NCBI GenBank assembly: GCA_934591895.1
Contig: CAKTPP010000004.1
Coordinates: 81,582-145,581 of the forward strand
Direction: 5' to 3'
Length of the DNA: 64,000 nucleotides
Source: an uncultured Oscillospiraceae bacterium
GTDB taxonomy: Bacteria > Bacillota > Clostridia > Oscillospirales > Oscillospiraceae
The notes below the pieces were generated by a model that had not been told where the DNA came from, made no database searches, and saw only the letters and a list, made by a program, of their open reading frames with translations. Made by a program: the position numbers and the translations under genes. Positions 18,135 through 25,733 of this stretch are shown in pieces (the stretch's first letter is position 1; the number at the start of each line of letters is the position of its first letter).

Positions 18135-20360
18135 GTGAAAGTAATCCACCTCATCAGCGGGGGCGACACCGGCGGCGCCAAGACGCACGTCTACTCCCTG
18201 CTGAAATATCTGAATCAGATCATCGACGTGCAGCTCGTGTGCTTTCGCGGCGGTGATTTTGCCGACGGTGCGGCCGCGCTCGGTATTCCGACGGTCGTAC
18301 TCGGCGGGAACTTCTTTTCCAATCTCCGCGCGGTCAAAAAGCTGGTCCGCGACGGGGAGTATGACCTCGTGCACTGCCACGGCGCGCTCGCCAACGTCAC
18401 GGGGGCACTGCTGCGCCGGAGCCTGCGCGTGCCGGTCATCAGCACCGTGCACAGCGACTACCGGCTGGACTATCTCGGCCGGCCGTTCGCCCGCGCCGTC
18501 TACGGCACGCTCAACACCTGGGCGCTGCACCGGCTGGACTACCGCGTGTGCGTGTCCGACCCCATCCGCCAGCGCCTGATCGACCGCGGCTTTGTGCCGA
18601 ACCGGCTCTTTTCCATCTACAACGGGCTCGACTTTTCACACGTCGTGCCCAAGACCGACCGCGCGGCGTATTTCGCGCAGTTCGGCTACACCGTCGGGGA
18701 GGACGACATCATCGTGGGCATCGCCGCCCGCCTCGACCCCGTCAAGGACATCGCAACGCTCATCCGCGCCGTGGCGCTGGCGCAAAAGGCCTGCCCGCAG
18801 CTGCGCCTTGCCATCGCCGGCGAGGGCATGGAGCGCAAAAAGCTCGGGGCGCTCGCGGCGGAGCTCGGCATTGCCGACAGCGTCTTTTTCCTCGGCTGGG
18901 TCGACGATCTCGACAGCTTCTACGGCGCGCTCGACATCAACGCCCTCTCGTCCCTGTCGGAGACCTTCCCCTACGCCCTGACGGAAGGTGCGCGGGCGCA
19001 TCTGGCGACCGTGGCCTCAAATGTCGGCGGCGTGCCGGTCATCATCGAGCACGGCGTGACCGGTCTGCTCTTTGAGCCGGGCGACGTGCGGCTGTTCGCG
19101 GCCTATCTCGCGCGCTGCGCGCTCGATGCGGACTACCGCCACACGCTGGGCGAGGCGCTCTACCGGCGCGGCAAGGCCGACTTCTCCGAGGAGGACACCG
19201 GCCTGCGCCAGCTGGAGATCTACAACAGCGTCTTCCGCATGGAGCGAAACCTCCGCGACGGCGTGCGCGACGGCGTGCTCATCTGCGGCGCCTACGGCTT
19301 CGGCAACACCGGCGACGACGCCATTTTGCAGGCCATCATCGGCGAGATGCGCCGCATCGACCCGCACATGCCGCTGACCGTGCTCTCCCGCCGCCCGAAG
19401 GACACCCAGCGCGCGTTCGGCGTCAACGCCTGCCACCGGTTCGGTGTGTGCTCCATCCGGCGCGTTCTGCGCCGCAGCCAGCTGTTCATCAGCGGCGGCG
19501 GCAGCCTCATGCAGGACGTCACGAGCCGCCTGAGCCTGTGGTACTACCTCGGCACGATCCGCATGGCGCACGGCTGCGGCTGCAAGGTGCAGATGTACGG
19601 CTGCGGCATCGGCCCGATCATCTATGACAGCGACCGGAAGCTCGCCGCGCGCATCATCAACACCTGCGTCGACAAGATCACCCTCCGTGAGCCGGACAGC
19701 CGCGAGACGCTCAGGGACTTCGGCGTCACGGTGCCGGAGGTCATCCTTGCGTCCGACCCCGCGCTCACGCTGCCGCCCGCCGGCCGCAGCCGGATCGACA
19801 GCATCTTGCGCGCGCATGACATGGAGCTCGACGGCAAGTATATCGGCTTCGTGCTGCGCAAGTGGCCCGGCATGGAGGAGAAGGCCACCGCGTTTGCCGC
19901 CGGCGCCGTGTACGCCTATCTGAAATACGGCCTGACACCGGTGTTTCTGAGCATCAATTTCCGCTCCGACGGCGAGGCCGGCCAGCTCGTCACGGAGCAT
20001 CTGAGTATCCCGTTTTATGTGATCGACGAGCAGATGTCCTCGGGCGAGGTGATCGGCGTGCTCTCGCGCATGACCACGGTCGTGTCCATGCGCCTGCACG
20101 GGCTCATCTTTGCCGCCGGACAGGGCGTGCCGCTCATCGGCGTCGCCTATGACCCGAAGGTCACGGCGTTTCTCGACTATGTGGAGCAGAATAACTACAT
20201 CCAGCTTGCGGCGCTCAACGAAAAGGACCTGTCGGACATGATCGACTCGGCCGTCACCCTCGCCGGCAGAGGCGAGGAGATGCGCCGCCGCACCGAACTG
20301 CTCAACCGGCAGGAGGATAACAACCGCGCCACAGCCGCCCGGCTGCTGGGGAAGGAGTAA
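18135..20360 (+). CDS. fusion of a GT4-family glycosyltransferase and a CsaB-type polysaccharide pyruvyl transferase
   Basis: GTG at 18135 follows GGAGGG. The N-terminal half has the GT4 E..P..LTEG...GGVP motif. The C-terminal half has CGAYGFGNTGDDAIL and GGGSLMQDVTS, typical of CsaB. The earlier part of the 1174-aa ORF is an antisense shadow. Confidence 0.8.
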   Translation: MKVIHLISGGDTGGAKTHVYSLLKYLNQIIDVQLVCFRGGDFADGAAALGIPTVVLGGNFFSNLRAVKKLVRDGEYDLVHCHGALANVTGALLRRSLRVPVISTVHSDYRLDYLGRPFARAVYGTLNTWALHRLDYRVCVSDPIRQRLIDRGFVPNRLFSIYNGLDFSHVVPKTDRAAYFAQFGYTVGEDDIIVGIAARLDPVKDIATLIRAVALAQKACPQLRLAIAGEGMERKKLGALAAELGIADSVFFLGWVDDLDSFYGALDINALSSLSETFPYALTEGARAHLATVASNVGGVPVIIEHGVTGLLFEPGDVRLFAAYLARCALDADYRHTLGEALYRRGKADFSEEDTGLRQLEIYNSVFRMERNLRDGVRDGVLICGAYGFGNTGDDAILQAIIGEMRRIDPHMPLTVLSRRPKDTQRAFGVNACHRFGVCSIRRVLRRSQLFISGGGSLMQDVTSRLSLWYYLGTIRMAHGCGCKVQMYGCGIGPIIYDSDRKLAARIINTCVDKITLREPDSRETLRDFGVTVPEVILASDPALTLPPAGRSRIDSILRAHDMELDGKYIGFVLRKWPGMEEKATAFAAGAVYAYLKYGLTPVFLSINFRSDGEAGQLVTEHLSIPFYVIDEQMSSGEVIGVLSRMTTVVSMRLHGLIFAAGQGVPLIGVAYDPKVTAFLDYVEQNNYIQLAALNEKDLSDMIDSAVTLAGRGEEMRRRTELLNRQEDNNRATAARLLGKE

Positions 20361-20367
20361 ACCGCTT

Positions 20368-20988
20368 ATGATCCGCAGTGCTGTTCTGGTTTCCGGCAAG
20401 GGAACGAAATTTCAGAGCCTGCTCGATTCCGTGTTCTTCGGCGAGATTCCGGAGCTGCAGCTCGTCGCCGTCATCTCGTCCGATGCGGGCGCCTACGCGC
20501 TCAAGCGCGCGCGCAACGCCGGCATCGAGACCGTCGTCGTCGAGCCGAGCGTGTTCCCGAACGACACGTCGTATGACATGGCCATCCGCAACAAGCTCAA
20601 GGATATGGACATCGAGCTTGTGATCAACGCGGGCTTTTACCCCGGCATCGGCCGCGAGACGGCAAAGAGCTTCCGCAACAGGGTCATCGCGGTGCAGCCG
20701 TCGCTCGTTCCGGCGTTCGAGACACTGCGCGGCGACGCGGTGCACGAGGCGGTGCTCGCCCGCGGCCTGAAGGTCACGGGGGCGACGGCCTACCTCGCGG
20801 ACGAAAACGGCGGCATCGGTCCGGTGCTGCTGCAGAAGGCCGTGCCCGTGCTTGCCGACGACGATCTCACGACGCTCAAGCGCCGCGTGCTCACGGACGC
20901 GGAGTGGAAGCTTCTGCCCGAGGCGGTCAAGCGCTTCTGCGCCGGAAAGATCCGGCTGCACGGCGGCCGCGCGCAGCTCCTCGAGTGA
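20368..20988 (+). CDS. purN: phosphoribosylglycinamide formyltransferase
   Basis: 206 aa. VLVSGKGTKFQSLLD N-terminus and a formyltransferase fold-like sequence. No other pur genes are adjacent. Confidence 0.8.
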   Translation: MIRSAVLVSGKGTKFQSLLDSVFFGEIPELQLVAVISSDAGAYALKRARNAGIETVVVEPSVFPNDTSYDMAIRNKLKDMDIELVINAGFYPGIGRETAKSFRNRVIAVQPSLVPAFETLRGDAVHEAVLARGLKVTGATAYLADENGGIGPVLLQKAVPVLADDDLTTLKRRVLTDAEWKLLPEAVKRFCAGKIRLHGGRAQLLE

Positions 20989-21044
20989 ACATGAGATAAA
21001 AAAGCAGCCCCGAACCGTGTCGGTTCGGGGCTGTCAGCTTGTCA

Positions 21045-21128
21045 GAAACCTTATAGAGCTTGCGCCCGCAGACGCAAAGAAAGTCCGGTCGTTTTCTCAG
21101 GCGGCCTGTGCGGCTGAGAAAATGCTTC
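21045..21128 (-). repeat. diverged, truncated copy F of the intergenic repeat
   Basis: Aligns with the copy C core: AGAGcTTGCGcccgcagaCGCAAAGAAAGTCC..TTTTCTCAGgcggcctgtgcggCTGAGAAAA. Ends at the stop codon of the ACT-domain gene. Confidence 0.5.
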
Positions 21129-21573
21129 AGCCGGCCATGATGTGCACGCGGATGACGCCCTCGGCGGACTTGAGCGCCGCCATGAACGCCTCCATCGTTG
21201 TCTGCATGCTCTCGGTCGCCGCCGTGATCGTCACCGGAGCGACGCCGCTGGTCGGGATGCTCTGATTGATGGTGAGTATATTCGCGCCGTTTTCGGCAAA
21301 AATAGCAAGGACGGACGACAGCACACCCTGCCGGTCGAGCAGCTCAAGGTTGAATGTCACAAGATGGCCGCGCGACATGTCCTGAAACGGGGACACGAAG
21401 TCCTTGTATTTATAAAACGCGCTGCGGCTGATGTCCACGCGCGCCACAGCGTCCGCCACTGTGCGCACCTGACCGGTCTCGAGCAGCTCCTTGGCCTCGA
21501 TCACCTTGACAAAGATCTCGGGCAGGACGCTCGCCTCCACGAGGTAGTATTTTGATTTGTTGCCTGCTGCCAT
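21127..21573 (-). CDS. ACT-domain protein (UPF0735/PheB-like)
   Basis: Start at the ATG at 21573 (MAAGNKSKYYLVEASVLPEIFVKV...) with an AGGAGG RBS. N-terminal HTH-like region plus a C-terminal ACT domain. Confidence 0.8.
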   Translation of the reverse strand: MAAGNKSKYYLVEASVLPEIFVKVIEAKELLETGQVRTVADAVARVDISRSAFYKYKDFVSPFQDMSRGHLVTFNLELLDRQGVLSSVLAIFAENGANILTINQSIPTSGVAPVTITAATESMQTTMEAFMAALKSAEGVIRVHIMAG

Positions 21574-21673
21574 GCCGGAAGCCTCCTTTTGTGCGCGTGC
21601 TGCGGGCAATTGTTTGCCCATGCAATACAGTGTAACATATTCCGAACGGCAGTGCAAGAATTTCTTTGAAGGG

Positions 21674-22114
21674 ATGCGATGGTTTTTGGGCGGATTTCTC
21701 GCGTGCATCCTCGCCGGAGCGGCGATGAGCATTCAGGGCGTGATGAACACGCGCCTCGGCGAGCACATCGGCACGCTGAAGGCCAACGCCTTCGTGCAGT
21801 GCACGGCGGCGGTGCTGTCGCTGCTCGTGCTGCTGTTCTGGCACACGGGCAGCTTTGCCGCGCTGAGCGCCGCGCCGAAATACAGCTGGTTCGGCGGCGT
21901 GCTGGCGCTGGCCATCACGGTCACGGTCATGCTCGGCATGGGCAGGCTCGGCCCGACGCTTGCCGTGGCGGTGATCCTCATCGCGCAGCTTTCTGCGGCC
22001 GCGGCCATCGACGCCTTCGGCATCATGGGCACGGAAAAGCTCGCCTTCGGCTGGGGCAAGTGGGCGGGGCTCGCGCTCATGACGGGCGGGATGCTGCTGT
22101 TCAAGATGAAATGA
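21674..22114 (+). CDS. DMT-family membrane protein (YdcZ/DUF606-like)
   Basis: Start at the ATG at 21674 (MRWFLGGFLACILAGAAMSIQGVMN...). About 146 aa with five TM helices, the typical DUF606 pattern. Confidence 0.7.
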   Translation: MRWFLGGFLACILAGAAMSIQGVMNTRLGEHIGTLKANAFVQCTAAVLSLLVLLFWHTGSFAALSAAPKYSWFGGVLALAITVTVMLGMGRLGPTLAVAVILIAQLSAAAAIDAFGIMGTEKLAFGWGKWAGLALMTGGMLLFKMK

Positions 22115-22123
22115 GGCGGCGAG

Positions 22124-22316
22124 ATGGGCCAACGAGACCCACTGCGTTGGGCTCTCGTTGGAAGAGCTGCGGCTCGCTGCAGCGCACGCGCCGAGCGCGC
22201 ACGTTTGCGAGCCGAGCGGTATTTTCTCCGCCGCACATGTCGCCGGAGAAAATGATTGGAATTTCTTTGCGCCTGCGGGCGCAAACTCTGCGAGGCTTTT
22301 TACAGACCAAACAGAT
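22124..22316 (+). repeat. intergenic repeat copy B
   Basis: The core GAGCCGAGCGGTATTTTCTCCGCCGCACATGTCGCCGGAGAAAATGATTGG...TTTGCGCCtgcgGGCGCAAACTCTGCGAGG matches copy A. The left end differs and carries the hairpin CCAACGAGA..TCTCGTTGG. Confidence 0.7.
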
Positions 22317-22363
22317 CAAAATGAGGCGGCGAGCCATGCTCGCCGCCTCATGTTTCGGTTTTC

Positions 22364-22567
22364 TTACAGGCCGATGCTTGCCAGCAGGTCTGCGATGCCG
22401 GTGGATTTGATGAACGTGAAGATCGCACCGATGTCGTAGTGCTCATACGCCGCGTCCCAGATACGGTCGGGGCTGCCGCCGGTCGCAAGACCGACGCCGA
22501 GCACGATCTCGCCGACGATCAGGATGCACAGCGCGATGATGAGAATGGTTTTCCATGCTTTTTTCAT
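22364..22567 (-). CDS. small membrane protein, 67 aa
   Basis: Start at the ATG at 22567 (MKKAWKTILIIALCILIVGEIVLG...) with an AAGGAG RBS. Overlaps the upstream gene stop by 4 nt. Confidence 0.6.
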   Translation of the reverse strand: MKKAWKTILIIALCILIVGEIVLGVGLATGGSPDRIWDAAYEHYDIGAIFTFIKSTGIADLLASIGL

Positions 22568-23505
22568 GCGGCGATCTCCTTTCTGCACCAGCGCTGACCC
22601 AGCCGCACCAGCAGCCTGACCCAGCCGATGACCAGGCGGATGAACAGCCAGACGGCCAGCCACACCACCACAAGCGCGATGGCGAGCACGGCGGCGCCGC
22701 CGCCGAGCAGGATGAGCATATCCGCCACCATGGGCAGACCGATGAACGCGGTCATGATCAGACCGACACCGGCCGCGCCGCACGCAGCGCCGATGGCCAG
22801 CACGGCCAGATCCAGCACCAGCAGCACGGCAAACACCGGCACGCCGACGATGATCGCGCCGAGCGTGTACAGGATCGCCAGAAAGACGTTCGTCTTGTAT
22901 TCCGGCTCGTAGTCGTCGTAGTATTCGTCGTATTCCTCGCCGGATTGTTCGTCATAGTAGCCGTCGTCTTCAGCGGGCTGCTCGTCATAGTAGCCGTCGT
23001 CTTCAGCGGGCTGCTCGTCGTAGCGGCCGTCGTCTTCGGCGGGCTGCTCGTCATAGTAGCCGTCGTCTTCAGCGGGCTGCTCGTCATAGTAGCCGTCGTC
23101 CTCGGCGGGCTGCTCGTCGAACGAGAGCTGACCGTCGAGCACGGGCGCTGCGTCCGTTTCGGGCTCGTCAGGATCCTCCGGCAGCTCCGGGAACGTGAAC
23201 GACGGCGCGGGCTTGCGCGCTGCGGCCGCGGTCATCGGGCGGTACTGCTCGGCGCGCGGACGCGGCTGGGGTGTACGCTTGGGCTGCGCCTGCGCGGGTG
23301 CGACCACGGGCGCGGCGGCCGGCGTGATCTTGCCGCTGTCGGCATACCGGATGAGGGCAACGGCGACTTTGGTCGGGTTGCCGATCTCCTGAATGAGGCG
23401 CTCCTCATCGGGCGCATTGTCAAACATATTCTCCATCTGCGCGATGAGCGCCTGACGTGTCTGTTCGTCGGTGATCAGGCCGAGCAGGCTGCTGATCTCC
23501 GCCAT
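22564..23505 (-). CDS. membrane protein with a DUF1700/HAAS-like N-terminus, an acidic tandem repeat linker and a C-terminal TM bundle
   Basis: 313 aa. The N-terminal helical segment resembles DUF1700. It carries five DEQPAEDDGYY repeats followed by about four TM helices. The RBS for the ATG at 23505 is poor, so the start is uncertain. Confidence 0.6.
   Translation of the reverse strand: MAEISSLLGLITDEQTRQALIAQMENMFDNAPDEERLIQEIGNPTKVAVALIRYADSGKITPAAAPVVAPAQAQPKRTPQPRPRAEQYRPMTAAAARKPAPSFTFPELPEDPDEPETDAAPVLDGQLSFDEQPAEDDGYYDEQPAEDDGYYDEQPAEDDGRYDEQPAEDDGYYDEQPAEDDGYYDEQSGEEYDEYYDDYEPEYKTNVFLAILYTLGAIIVGVPVFAVLLVLDLAVLAIGAACGAAGVGLIMTAFIGLPMVADMLILLGGGAAVLAIALVVVWLAVWLFIRLVIGWVRLLVRLGQRWCRKEIAA
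22948..23119 (-). repeat. 33-bp in-frame tandem repeat, about 5.2 units
   Basis: The unit CTCGTCATAGTAGCCGTCGTCTTCAGCGGGCTG repeats head to tail with 1-3 substitutions. It encodes (Y)DEQPAEDDGYY on the minus strand. Confidence 0.85.
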
Positions 23506-23717
23506 GTAACTCTGTCTGTTGATAGATGGTCACCTCCAAGGGGTTCGATTGCACATTGTATGGCATTCTAATTTACATATTATATTGCACGAATCAGGCG
23601 CGGTCAAGACCGAAATGCACTTTTCGCCCGCGCACCGGCTCTTGACAGGCGGTCTGCGGCGGGGTATCCTGTGAAAAAAGAGCCGGTTTGTCACCTGACC
23701 GGCAGGGAGGAACGCGT

Positions 23718-24119
23718 ATGCAGAACGAGCATCCTTACACAGAGCCCGCGCCTGAGACCGCGGAGGCCGGGCCCGTCGGGGCCGAATCCGCCAGGCCCGC
23801 GCCGGAAAAGCCGCGCGAGTCGTTTTTCCGCCGCCAGCGCCGCGAGCTTGCGGACATCTGGCGCGAGGTCTACTGCAACAGCCGCGCGCGGCGCATCCGC
23901 ACGTGGCAGATCGCGGTGTTCGCGCTCATGATCGTCGAGGCGGCGGTCATGGCCGTCGCCGTCAACCCGGTCTACTGGGTCGGCGCGGGGCTGCTTGCGC
24001 TTTTGTGCGTGGGGCAGCTGTTTGACCGCCGGCCGGAGCGGCACACCGTCGCCGGTGTCGTGCTCTACGGCGTGATCGCCGTGCTCATCGGCATTTTTGT
24101 CGCCGAGCAGGTGCTTTGA
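23718..24119 (+). CDS. hypothetical membrane protein
   Basis: ATG at 23718 follows GGGAGG. A proline/acidic N-terminus is followed by three hydrophobic helices. No family recognised. Confidence 0.55.
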   Translation: MQNEHPYTEPAPETAEAGPVGAESARPAPEKPRESFFRRQRRELADIWREVYCNSRARRIRTWQIAVFALMIVEAAVMAVAVNPVYWVGAGLLALLCVGQLFDRRPERHTVAGVVLYGVIAVLIGIFVAEQVL

Positions 24120-24131
24120 GCGCTGCGCGCT

Positions 24132-24160
24132 TGACAAACGGCGGGCGATTGCATAAAATA
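24132..24160 (+). promoter_or_regulatory. sigma-70-type promoter upstream of proS
   Basis: TTGACA (24132-24137), 17-nt spacer, TAAAAT (24155-24160). Confidence 0.6.
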
Positions 24161-24234
24161 TAAAAGTTGCCCAATACATTATTAATTATGGCTGCGCGGG
24201 TGCTCCGCGCAGCATACAGAGGAGAGTTGCGCTT

Positions 24235-25671
24235 ATGGCCAAAGAAAAAAAGGTCGAGCAGATCACCGATATGGAAGTGGATTTCGCCCAGTGGTTCACC
24301 GACGTGTGCACCAAGGCGGAGCTTGTGGATTATTCCGACGTCAAGGGCCTGTTCATCCTGCGCCCCTACGGCTACGCCATCTGGGAGAACATCCAGCAGA
24401 TCCTTGACGGCAAGTTCAAGGCGACCGGTCACCAGAACGTGTCCATGCCGATGCTGATCCCCGAGAGCCTGCTGCAGAAGGAGAAGGATCACGTCGAGGG
24501 CTTCGCGCCCGAGTGCGCGTGGGTCACCATGGGCGGCAGCGAGGAGCTGCCGGAGCGCCTGTGTGTGCGCCCGACGTCCGAGACGCTCTTCTGCCAGCAC
24601 TGGAGCCACATCGTGCACAGCTGGCGCGACCTGCCGTGCCTGTATAACCAGTGGTGCAGCGTCATGCGCTGGGAAAAGACCACCCGCCCGTTCCTGCGCG
24701 GCCGTGAGTTTCTCTGGCAGGAGGGGCACACTCTGCACGCCACGGAGGCCGAGGCGCGCAAGGAGACGCTGCAGATGCTCGAGATCTACGCCGACACCTG
24801 CGAGCAGGAGCTGGCCATGCCCGTCATCCGCGGCAACAAGACCGACAAGGAGAAGTTCGCCGGTGCCGTGAACACCTACACCATCGAGTGCATGATGCAC
24901 GACCGCAAGGCGCTGCAGTCCGGCACGAGCCACTACTTCGGCGACGGCTTTGCCCGCGCGTTCGACATCACCTACACCGACAAGAACAACCAGCAGGCCT
25001 ATCCGCACCAGACCTCGTGGGGCCTGTCCACGCGCATCATCGGCGGCCTGATCATGACCCACGGCGACAACAGCGGCCTTGTGCTGCCGCCGCACATCGC
25101 GCCGATCCAGGTCATCGTGCTGCCCATCGCGGCGCACAAGCCCGGCGTGACCGAGAAGGCCGAGGAGCTCGTCGCGCGCCTGAAGGCCGCCGGTCTGCGT
25201 GCGCAGGGCGACTTCAGCGACAACAGCCCCGGCTGGAAGTTTGCCAACTGGGAGATGAAGGGTGTGCCGCTGCGCGTCGAGATCGGCCCGAAAGACATCG
25301 AGGCCGGTCACTGCGTCGCCGTCCGCCGCGACAACGGCGAGAAGATCACCGTCGCGCTCGACGAGCTCGAGGCGCGCATCCCCGAGCTGCTCGAGACCGT
25401 GCAGCAGGGGCTGTTCGACAAGGCCAAGCGCAATCTCGACGAGCACACCTATGCCGCGCACTCGCTGGCCGAGGCCAAGGAGCTGCAGGAGAAAAACGGC
25501 GGCTTCATCAAGACCATGTGGTGCGGCGACCTCGCCTGCGAGCTCGAGATGAAGGACAAGGCCGGCATGTCCAGCCGCTGCATCCCGTTCGAGCAGGAGC
25601 ACATCGACGATGTCTGCCCCGTGTGCGGCAAGCCCGCCAAGTGCATGATCTACTGGGGCGTGGCGTACTGA
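24235..25671 (+). CDS. proS: proline--tRNA ligase, archaeal/eukaryote-like type
   Basis: 478 aa. [35 protein letters not shown] and class II aaRS motifs. A C-terminal zinc-binding C..C...CPVCG is present. The short form lacks the bacterial INS editing domain. Confidence 0.95.
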   Translation: MAKEKKVEQITDMEVDFAQWFTDVCTKAELVDYSDVKGLFILRPYGYAIWENIQQILDGKFKATGHQNVSMPMLIPESLLQKEKDHVEGFAPECAWVTMGGSEELPERLCVRPTSETLFCQHWSHIVHSWRDLPCLYNQWCSVMRWEKTTRPFLRGREFLWQEGHTLHATEAEARKETLQMLEIYADTCEQELAMPVIRGNKTDKEKFAGAVNTYTIECMMHDRKALQSGTSHYFGDGFARAFDITYTDKNNQQAYPHQTSWGLSTRIIGGLIMTHGDNSGLVLPPHIAPIQVIVLPIAAHKPGVTEKAEELVARLKAAGLRAQGDFSDNSPGWKFANWEMKGVPLRVEIGPKDIEAGHCVAVRRDNGEKITVALDELEARIPELLETVQQGLFDKAKRNLDEHTYAAHSLAEAKELQEKNGGFIKTMWCGDLACELEMKDKAGMSSRCIPFEQEHIDDVCPVCGKPAKCMIYWGVAY

Positions 25672-25693
25672 GCGCACCCGAACCCAAAACGCA

Positions 25694-25728
25694 ACCCGCC
25701 CGCTGCGGTCGCAGCGGGCGGGTTTTTC
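25694..25728 (+). terminator. intrinsic terminator of proS
   Basis: ACCCGCCCGCTGC, loop ggtc, GCAGCGGGCGGGT, followed by TTTTT. Confidence 0.75.
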
Positions 25729-25733
25729 TGCGT

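Noticed and set aside
22948-23119. Regular 33-bp repeats that could be mistaken for a CRISPR array
   Set aside because: The units are directly adjacent with no spacers and are in frame inside a long ORF, where they encode an acidic peptide repeat. No cas genes are present.
24161-24234. Possible proline T-box upstream of proS
   Set aside because: The leader is only about 75 nt and lacks any T-box elements or a terminator hairpin.
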